From positions 1 through 56,120 of IMG/VR virus record IMGVR_UViG_3300021376_000071: 56,120 nucleotides of DNA, one strand, 5' to 3'. Position numbers and translations under genes: made by a program. This document shows positions 49,823 through 56,120 of the stretch, piece after piece. The first letter of the stretch is position 1, and every line of letters begins with the position of its first letter. The notes below the pieces were generated by a model. That model saw only the letters and a program-made list of their open reading frames with translations, did not search any database and was not told where the DNA came from. The stretch comes from a virus (taxonomy: Duplodnaviria; Caudoviricetes).

Positions 49823-50080
49823 TTAATCAGATGCCATTCCTCCAACAGCACTTACCCCATGACCATCGGCTGCTGAGGCTGTTTCCCCTGAATCTTGGTT
49901 TACTGCTTGTGGTTGAGATGCGGTCATGTATCCGCCGTAACCACTTTGTGCAGAAACGTATGTTGGGTACATCCCCCACCAATACCCGTTACCAACAAAG
50001 CCTTTATTTGGATTTACCAGACCCTTTTTACGAATCTCTTCTTCCGTTGTAGCAAACTGACTATTACTTAAGTTTCTCAT
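49823..50080 (-). CDS. hypothetical protein
   Basis: 85 aa, ATGA overlap with the upstream gene. Confidence 0.6.
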   Translation of the reverse strand: MRNLSNSQFATTEEEIRKKGLVNPNKGFVGNGYWWGMYPTYVSAQSGYGGYMTASQPQAVNQDSGETASAADGHGVSAVGGMASD

Positions 50081-50259
50081 GTAGTTACCAATGATGGATG
50101 AATAACAAACTCAGGGTCTTCAACACTTAGTGAGACTTCTTTAATTTTAATCGCGTATTTCTTAGCGTGGTGTCCACAGAAGAAGAGTTCTCCATTCAGC
50201 ATTACGGCCCGTACCTTTGCCACAGCAGAACAACGGTCACAACGGTCGTTAACGTTCAT
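50077..50259 (-). CDS. small Zn-binding protein of actinobacterial type
   Basis: DRCDRC..GELFFCGHH motif. Confidence 0.7.
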   Translation of the reverse strand: MNVNDRCDRCSAVAKVRAVMLNGELFFCGHHAKKYAIKIKEVSLSVEDPEFVIHPSLVTT

Positions 50260-50265
50260 GGCTAT

Positions 50266-50541
50266 CTACCTGTTCTTGTTTCCTTTACCAATGTTCTTCT
50301 TGGCTGACATTACCTTAAGGTTAGACGAAGACTCATTACTTTTGTTGTTATCCTTATGGTCAACGTGTTCTTTCTTAGATAAATTCCTGCCTAATGACTT
50401 TTCTTTTTTGTGGCGGGCTGAATTAGTGCTAGTGGTTTTTTGAGACTTAGGGTCATACTCAACCATAATCTTGCGACCACCATTTTGCTTTGAGCCTTTG
50501 TAAGGTCCGTAAACCTTTTTCTTTTTGCTAGGCAGAGTCAT
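50266..50541 (-). CDS. small HNH-motif protein
   Basis: EHVDHKDNNKSNESSSNLKVMS..N. Confidence 0.7.
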   Translation of the reverse strand: MTLPSKKKKVYGPYKGSKQNGGRKIMVEYDPKSQKTTSTNSARHKKEKSLGRNLSKKEHVDHKDNNKSNESSSNLKVMSAKKNIGKGNKNR

Positions 50542-50543
50542 AA

Positions 50544-51152
50544 TTACTTAGTAACTGTGTAACCGTGTGAGCGTAATAGATTTATGGCTGCTTCAATGTC
50601 AGCAGATGGGCCTGTTGCTGCTGGTGCTTCTGCTGCTGCTTTACCTGCACCCTTAAACTTTGGTCTACCAAAACCAACAATAGAGATTTGAACTCCTGCT
50701 TTGTTCTTTTTGTAAGCACGAAGTTTCTTACAAGCCTCTCCACCATTACGTTGAGAGCCTCTCTTTCCATCTCCAGTAGTGTTGCCTTCAATACACCAAA
50801 CAGTTCCGTCTTCATTGTCTTTGATAACAATGCCTACGTGAGAAATCCTATCGACACCGTCTGCGGGAAAATCAAAATAGGCAATATCTCCTGGTTCTGG
50901 GTCTGCAAGGTCGCCATCAATCCAAGCACCTTTTTTCTTAAAGGCTGCTGCACCACCAGGTGTGTAAACAGTGTTAGGTACTTTTACTCCTGCTTCATTT
51001 GCACACCACATAACAAAGGAGCCACACCAAGGCTGGAAGTTAGCCTTGGTGAAAGCACCATACTTTGTTTCGTTGTCTTTTGGACCTTCAATATAACCAA
51101 CTTCGGCTTTAGCAACCTCAATAAGACGTGCTGCTGTTCCTTGCTCTGCCAT
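50544..51152 (-). CDS. endolysin, CHAP amidase/endopeptidase
   Basis: QPWCGSFVMW (catalytic Cys), SHVGIV (His), IEGNT. Confidence 0.88.
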   Translation of the reverse strand: MAEQGTAARLIEVAKAEVGYIEGPKDNETKYGAFTKANFQPWCGSFVMWCANEAGVKVPNTVYTPGGAAAFKKKGAWIDGDLADPEPGDIAYFDFPADGVDRISHVGIVIKDNEDGTVWCIEGNTTGDGKRGSQRNGGEACKKLRAYKKNKAGVQISIVGFGRPKFKGAGKAAAEAPAATGPSADIEAAINLLRSHGYTVTK

Positions 51153-51316
51153 TACTTTTTCTCCTTCTTACAAAAACACTCAACCTTGTTACTTAACTTA
51201 TTGTGCTGCCAAGCCATGTATAAATTCCATCCAAACATAACAACCATTAAAAACCACATAATCTCCATTTCAGTAATTGAAGACCCTGCTGTTATTACAG
51301 GATGGTCATGGTTCAC
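51152..51316 (-). CDS. small single-TM protein
   Basis: Manual (GTG start): MNHDHPVITAGSSITEMEIMWFLMVVMFGWNLYMAWQHNKLSNKVECFCKKEKK; coupled on both sides. Confidence 0.55.
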   Translation of the reverse strand: MNHDHPVITAGSSITEMEIMWFLMVVMFGWNLYMAWQHNKLSNKVECFCKKEKK

Positions 51317-51723
51317 TCTTTATCCCAATCTAGGTCTACTGGTTGTTCTGCTGGCATAGCACCTTCTGGCTTTGCCTCAAGACGTGCACGGGTTGCATCA
51401 ATCTCTGCTTCAAGTTTCTTATCTGCCAATGTGTTTTTGGCATCCATCTCTTTGTTGGCTAGTTGTGCTGACATGATGTCTTTAGCACCAGACTGACCAA
51501 TCAAGAGACCTGCAAGAGTTCCCGTAATAAATGTTGCAACGCTGCCTAATACATTGAAGAACATCTTGTCATTCTCTGACTGTGCTCCGATTGGCTGCGA
51601 TACGAAAAGAAGTCCGTAAAGAATTCCCAATGCTGTGAATAGGAGAATCGCTCCTAATGTGATGCCCAAGATAAACTTTAAACGAGCATCTAAGTCTGCT
51701 GGTGACAATCTGTCTTTAGCCAT
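51313..51723 (-). CDS. 2-TM membrane protein (holin-like/lysis accessory)
   Basis: Two long hydrophobic helices and a coiled-coil tail; near the endolysin gene. Confidence 0.65.
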   Translation of the reverse strand: MAKDRLSPADLDARLKFILGITLGAILLFTALGILYGLLFVSQPIGAQSENDKMFFNVLGSVATFITGTLAGLLIGQSGAKDIMSAQLANKEMDAKNTLADKKLEAEIDATRARLEAKPEGAMPAEQPVDLDWDKE

Positions 51724-51961
51724 TTGGTTGACCGCTTTCTGTGGTTACTGTGTTTTCATCTGTTGTTAGGTTCTTCAGTATATCTGAAGTACATGTAAGG
51801 CTTGCTTCACAAATAGGAGGATTGCACTCTGCGTTTTTCCAATTTGCTGGGTCTTGGCATGGATAACGATAACGCTCTAGGTTTTCGCATCCTGTAAGTG
51901 AAAACAAGAGGACACTAGCCATGCCAGCAACTAATAACTTCTTAACGTTTTTCACTTTCAA
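51716..51961 (-). CDS. Cys-rich lipoprotein
   Basis: LTGC lipobox; RYRYPCQDPANW..C.PPIC..C. Confidence 0.7.
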   Translation of the reverse strand: MKVKNVKKLLVAGMASVLLFSLTGCENLERYRYPCQDPANWKNAECNPPICEASLTCTSDILKNLTTDENTVTTESGQPNG

Positions 51962-52103
51962 ATGACTCCTTAATTGCTAATCGTTGTGCTGTACTTTTAT
52001 CTCTCATTCGATTTGTGCGACGGTCATTAAATACTGCGATTTTTTGATTCAGTTTGTAATTGCCTGGAGCACCCTTGCCTAAGGACTTGTCTTTCTTAGG
52101 CAC
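51942..52103 (-). CDS. small basic protein
   Basis: Manual (GTG start): MPKKDKSLGKGAPGNYKLNQKIAVFNDRRTNRMRDKSTAQRLAIKESFESEKR. Confidence 0.5.
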   Translation of the reverse strand: MPKKDKSLGKGAPGNYKLNQKIAVFNDRRTNRMRDKSTAQRLAIKESFESEKR

Positions 52104-52452
52104 TTGGCTTTGGTCCAGGTGCTTTGGTTACTGGACGACCAGATGCTTGTGCTCCTCTTCGTGTGTAGTTTTGATGCTTGGATGTGGTGGAAGAATATTT
52201 AACGTCTGGAATTACCCATCCGTGTTCTGCACTGTGTACTCCAATTGGTGTGCCGTAAGAATGAACAACGTAATCAATGTCTTTTAAAGGTTGAATAGTT
52301 GCACGAGCAGCCTCTGGCATACGACCAAAGATTAAATGGTCGCCAGGGCCTGTGTGTCCACGTGCATGAATCGCACCGTGGCTAACAAAAGCCTCACGTC
52401 GTGAGATTTTTTCAATTGCTTCTCTGGAGTTAACTCTTTTAGGCATGGTCAA
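52096..52452 (-). CDS. hypothetical phage protein
   Basis: YVVHSYGTPIG..W..P..KYSSTTSKHQ motif. Confidence 0.65.
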   Translation of the reverse strand: MTMPKRVNSREAIEKISRREAFVSHGAIHARGHTGPGDHLIFGRMPEAARATIQPLKDIDYVVHSYGTPIGVHSAEHGWVIPDVKYSSTTSKHQNYTRRGAQASGRPVTKAPGPKPSA

Positions 52453-52464
52453 ATAGTAAAGTAC

Positions 52465-53010
52465 TTATTCGTACTTGTACTGCTCTTTCTTAGTAAAAGG
52501 TGCAGAAGTCCAAGCATCTTGAGACTCGGCTATCTTCATAGCCTTCAGAGGGGCTGCACCAGCCAAAATAGCCCCTACAGCATACTTTGCACCGTTTCCT
52601 ACTCCATAAATGCCATCGGCTCTTATACCGACCGACAGGTCGTCTTCAATGGCAAATAGAGTTCCACCAACAGCAACTAAAAACTGAAAACGGTATTCGC
52701 CATCAATGCCCTCTTCTTTAAAGTCAAATCCGTTATTAATTAAACATTGGCGAAGAGAAGGCACTACTTTTGCAATCATGAAGTGATAGAGGTCTTTGAT
52801 GTCTTTTTCGGTAGGTGCTGGTGGATTCCAGATGTGTTGTGCTACATCGCAAGGGAAGGCTTCTCCTGCTCCAGCAATTAAAAAATCCCCACGTCTTGAA
52901 ATTTTAGACATGTGGGGATGATGGAACTTACGTCCTTGACCATCTGTTGTTTGATTATCGCAATAGATAACGCATTTATCTTTCTGCTGGATTCCAATAA
53001 TCGTCGTCAC
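52465..53010 (-). CDS. HslV/proteasome-beta-like Ntn hydrolase
   Basis: N-terminal (M)TTIIG, D..T, SKI, and YGVGNGAKYAVGA matching the AIGSG..YA motif. Confidence 0.8.
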   Translation of the reverse strand: MTTIIGIQQKDKCVIYCDNQTTDGQGRKFHHPHMSKISRRGDFLIAGAGEAFPCDVAQHIWNPPAPTEKDIKDLYHFMIAKVVPSLRQCLINNGFDFKEEGIDGEYRFQFLVAVGGTLFAIEDDLSVGIRADGIYGVGNGAKYAVGAILAGAAPLKAMKIAESQDAWTSAPFTKKEQYKYE

Positions 53011-53022
53011 AGTAGGTCCTCA

Positions 53023-53065
53023 AAGTCGGGGGGGATGAGTAATTCTACTTCTCACCCCCCGACTT
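53023..53065. terminator. stem-loop
   Basis: AAGTCGGGGGG..TGAG / CTCA-CCCCCCGACTT inverted repeat between genes. Confidence 0.6.
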
Positions 53066-53074
53066 AGAAAGTGT

Positions 53075-53362
53075 CTACTTAGGGTCTCTGTATGTGAAAG
53101 ACCCGTAGAAACGGGCTGTTTTGCCCTTATCGTCTGTTTCTGGACCTGCTACCAATTTAACGCTCTTACGAGGTGTCTTGGCTGCTGCTTGGGCTTTAAG
53201 CCACTTCTTGGCAGCAGAGGCGTTTTTCCAAGCGGTAACTGAGGCGGTCTCGTTATCGTCTTGGTCGTTCTTAAGAATAATTGTGGCTAACCAACCGCCA
53301 CCTTTCTCTTTGTTAAGAACTGCTTTTGCTTCAAACGTGAAGATTTTTCTTGGCACGTTCAT
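53075..53362 (-). CDS. hypothetical protein
   Basis: 95 aa, AGGAG RBS. Confidence 0.65.
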   Translation of the reverse strand: MNVPRKIFTFEAKAVLNKEKGGGWLATIILKNDQDDNETASVTAWKNASAAKKWLKAQAAAKTPRKSVKLVAGPETDDKGKTARFYGSFTYRDPK

Positions 53363-53427
53363 CTCCTTTGTTCAAATAGGGTGAGTTGACAATAACACGG
53401 ATGGGTGGGTGGGTCTAGTATCGCACC

Positions 53428-53628
53428 ATGGAAGGTTTAGAAAAAATTGACTTTCGTGGCATACCCACGCATGAGTGCCCCGTGTGTGGAAGCACGTCCT
53501 TCCGTATAGTAGCGGGGTTTATTGACTACAACATAGCCTGGTGGGGAACAGACGCTGAGTGCTACGAGTGCGGAACTAAACTGACTGTTCCAACTCCCGT
53601 GGATGACCCTGAGAGGTCTGAATCGTAG
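53428..53628 (+). CDS. small Zn-ribbon protein (the only clear plus-strand gene)
   Basis: CPVCG..CYECG..TVPTPVD. Confidence 0.7.
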   Translation: MEGLEKIDFRGIPTHECPVCGSTSFRIVAGFIDYNIAWWGTDAECYECGTKLTVPTPVDDPERSES

Positions 53629-54232
53629 TTTCAAACCCTGCGATATTGCAGAACATAGCCACATTTGGTTTTAGAGTATAGACATCCCACTCACGAGTCA
53701 TACCGCGTTTTAATATGTACCAATCAACCGCTTCATCTATTGGTTGATTGGTTATTGCCTCAAGTAAACGTTCTGCACCTTTTTTGGAAACCCAATAACA
53801 TGCGTTAGACCAAACTTGGTATGAACGACAAATCCTAGAGTCACCGATATCAAATGATTGCTTGTAGTTGTTTTCGCCTTGCCACTGATGCACATATTGA
53901 TAGAAAAAGTCCCACATCATCGGTAATCGGTTTAGATACATCTTGCTGTAGTACAGAAATTCGGGGTCCAACAGAATGTCATCTTCCAGTAGTAGAAGAG
54001 CGTCGTAATCAGATGAGGCGAACTCCCGCAACGCCAAGACCGTTGAGTGCCATAGTCCTACTTCACCTGGTTTAAGCATCTTTGAAAAGTGAAGTGGGCA
54101 TGCGTCAGATGCAGTCATCGTGGGGCTAAATAACTTTGGAAGTTCTAAAGAACTTTCTATTTGGGACTTGTTGCGGTCCCTTTCTTCGTTGATGCCAGGA
54201 ATGTTAAATATTTGATAGACGAGATTCATCAC
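53576..54232 (-). CDS. glycosyltransferase family 25-like
   Basis: GEVGLWHS..LLLEDD..CYWVSKKGAERLL..VDW. Confidence 0.8.
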   Translation of the reverse strand: MMNLVYQIFNIPGINEERDRNKSQIESSLELPKLFSPTMTASDACPLHFSKMLKPGEVGLWHSTVLALREFASSDYDALLLLEDDILLDPEFLYYSKMYLNRLPMMWDFFYQYVHQWQGENNYKQSFDIGDSRICRSYQVWSNACYWVSKKGAERLLEAITNQPIDEAVDWYILKRGMTREWDVYTLKPNVAMFCNIAGFETTIQTSQGHPRELEQSV

Positions 54233-54238
54233 ACCAGT

Positions 54239-54349
54239 TTAGCGGGTAACCTCACAGATACAAGTACACGAGTCAATCTCGCAAACGCCAAACAGGATGA
54301 AATGACCACATTTGCGACACTTCTTGGGTTGACGTACATCTTCACTCAC
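54239..54349 (-). CDS. tiny Cys-rich peptide
   Basis: Manual (GTG start): MSEDVRQPKKCRKCGHFILFGVCEIDSCTCICEVTR. Confidence 0.45.
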   Translation of the reverse strand: MSEDVRQPKKCRKCGHFILFGVCEIDSCTCICEVTR

Positions 54350-54364
54350 AGCCCAATTATCGGA

Positions 54365-54511
54365 CTAGGAATTCCAGAGTTCGTCCTCAATACGAAGAAT
54401 CTCTTCTAACTTTTCTTCTGCGACATGTGATGATTTTTGGTTGGGGTAATACTCGTAGTCATCAAACGTTTTGAGTTGTAACGGGTATTCAAACTGTTTC
54501 TTCTTCAACAT
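54365..54511 (-). CDS. hypothetical small protein
   Basis: Manual: MLKKKQFEYPLQLKTFDDYEYYPNQKSSHVAEEKLEEILRIEDELWNS. Confidence 0.45.
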   Translation of the reverse strand: MLKKKQFEYPLQLKTFDDYEYYPNQKSSHVAEEKLEEILRIEDELWNS

Positions 54512-54953
54512 TTTTAAAACCGTTCTCTCTATCTAGGTTGAGGTAATCCAACTCTACAACTTGGAAGGTTTCGTTGAAAAGAGCCAACACTTGGTCCACA
54601 TTGAGAGAACCGCAGGTGTACAGGTCGAACTGGACTAATGCTGGGTCCTTCTCATCCCAGATGTGGAAAGCGATGTGGCTGGTCTCAATCATCACAATTG
54701 CAGTTAGACCACGGTTACCTGGCTTATCTACATAACTAGCAAATGGCCCCTTGATAATCTTCATGTCGATGTTCTCAACTAAACGTATCAAGAAGCCGAC
54801 GGCCTCTTCCTCGCTCCGCATCGGGGAGGTTACTTTTGCGTTAATCAACAAGTGTTTATGGAAAAGGGGCTTTACCTCGTCTCGCCCGCAAGTACAGTCA
54901 GCACAACCACTGGACTGCTCGTTTGCTAAAGGTAGTTCATTTATACTGGTCAT
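54489..54953 (-). CDS. speD: S-adenosylmethionine decarboxylase-like pyruvoyl proenzyme
   Basis: HKHLLI..GLTAIVMIETSHIAFHIWDE..FDLYTCG. Confidence 0.8.
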   Translation of the reverse strand: MTSINELPLANEQSSGCADCTCGRDEVKPLFHKHLLINAKVTSPMRSEEEAVGFLIRLVENIDMKIIKGPFASYVDKPGNRGLTAIVMIETSHIAFHIWDEKDPALVQFDLYTCGSLNVDQVLALFNETFQVVELDYLNLDRENGFKNVEEETV

Positions 54954-54959
54954 AGACGC

Positions 54960-56120
54960 AAAGGCTACTGCCTAACAATGCTTATGTAACGCTAGTCGCG
55001 GATTGCTCAATGGCTACGGTGGCTGGTGCGACGCTACCGACCCCCTGACCCCCCTGGCTCTTGAGTATCCCTGCCGTGTTTTGTACGTACATTGTGTATA
55101 CATTGTGCGTACAAATTTAATCACCTGGCTCTTTGGCTACTGCCTCCAAATTGACCTTCGACCTGGGTATCTCATCTGGCGGTGGTTTTTACAGCGATTT
55201 TCTAATGGTGGGGGGGTCACTTGTATTGTTCTTTAGCAATCTGTTTATGAAACAACTTGTACGTGTTCTATCTATGTTTATTTACTTATGTTTTTTAGTT
55301 GTTGATAGCAACGTTGATAGCAAGTTTGGCTACTGTGTTTTTTATTTATTGACTTGTGTGAATACCACCAGAAAATCAAGCACTATCAAGCACTATTATC
55401 AGATAGTTATTTAGTTATTTATTTACTAACTACCTAACGTGATTACTTAGTGTCACACAATCAAAATCACTTGCTAATCACTATCTATTACTTCTCTATC
55501 TATCTATGTATTACTTCTATCTATTCAATAACAACAAGTGTTCCCCGACTTTTTTTACGTTTCGTGCGTTGCGAGATACACGTTGTGTATTAGTGATTAC
55601 TTGACGTTGTTGTTGATTATGATATGAATAAACTTCTATAGATAGATTACATCTATGCTCTGGTTCTTCAGTATTTAACACCGCCACCACCTCCGCCACC
55701 TCAATAACAACGTTAAATAACTTTCTAAATACCTTTCAATCTTCTATAACTAAATAAATAAACTTCTTATTGTTATATCTTGAACAACTTACGCATCTAC
55801 GCTCTTCACAAAAACTCTTGCGTTGAAACCTTTACAAAATAATCGCCAACAGAGAGTACGTATAAATGACGGCGAAAACTCTCACTATTTAGGCGTAAAA
55901 CACGCGAGTTGCGTGGGGGGGGTGGGGTCGTGTATTCTCTACCTCAGGTAGTTAGCCCAACGGAAGTTGTTGAGGCAGGTGAAAGAAAACTTCTATTGAA
56001 GTTATACAAATAGTTTTCACGCAATCTTGTGTAAGTCGTGAAACAAAATCGTGTAACTAACTTCTTTAGTAAATAGTTTTCGGTATTCACTAAATCGAAA
56101 CTTGTAGTGACAAACAACTT
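54960..56120. repeat. long non-coding region with dispersed GGCTAC(TG) motifs, short tandem repeats and G-tracts (candidate genome end/packaging site or origin)
   Basis: No credible ORF; GGCTACTGCCT at 54963 and 55135; GGCTAC at 55012; GGCTACTG at 55328; (GTTGATAGCAA)x2, (ATCAAGCACT)x2, CTAT runs; AT-rich after about 55220. Confidence 0.55.

Noticed and set aside
50266-50541. Intron or intein associated with the HNH ORF
   Set aside because: The flanking genes are intact. Terminase, portal and capsid genes are uninterrupted and of normal length.
50688-51359. 223-aa plus-strand ORF, and other plus-strand ORFs such as 45736-46257 and 19125-19625
   Set aside because: They are antisense shadows of well-supported minus-strand genes, with no motifs or RBS.
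55003-55699. Short ORFs in the terminal region (55003-55236, 55133-55414, 55517-55699)
   Set aside because: They have no RBS, atypical composition and overlap low-complexity repeats, so they are likely spurious.

Overview
This 56 kb window is the complete virion-morphogenesis and lysis arm of a tailed dsDNA phage with a contractile (myovirus) tail. Almost every gene is on the minus strand, and many are translationally coupled by TAATG/ATGA overlaps. Read in transcription order (right to left), it holds: a 1.1 kb repeat-rich non-coding region; accessory genes (AdoMet decarboxylase-like, GT25 glycosyltransferase, HslV-like Ntn hydrolase); lysis and membrane genes (CHAP endolysin, holin-like proteins, lipoproteins, a 902-aa secreted PA14 protein); KTSC and PASTA proteins; terminase, portal, scaffold and major capsid protein; a head-tail adaptor; a 14 kb block of GPT-collagen and giant repeat fibre genes ending in a GT2-TPR glycosyltransferase; a cluster of tiny Lys-rich ORFs; then neck, sheath, tube, tail chaperone, tape measure (M23 plus lysozyme-like domains), baseplate and tail fibres. 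The protein families point to an actinobacterial host, probably a low-GC freshwater one (inference). The most striking observation is a tail-tip protein with a 200-aa insert holding 32 cysteines, 16 on each side of a central turn with near-mirror spacing, encoded next to a small Cys-rich partner. Also notable are a probable +1 frameshift at TTT-CGT-TTC-TAA in the tail chaperone, a BclA-like collagen/glycosyltransferase module, and a membrane-anchored PA14 adhesin-like protein. All family assignments are from motif recognition by eye; no database searches were run.
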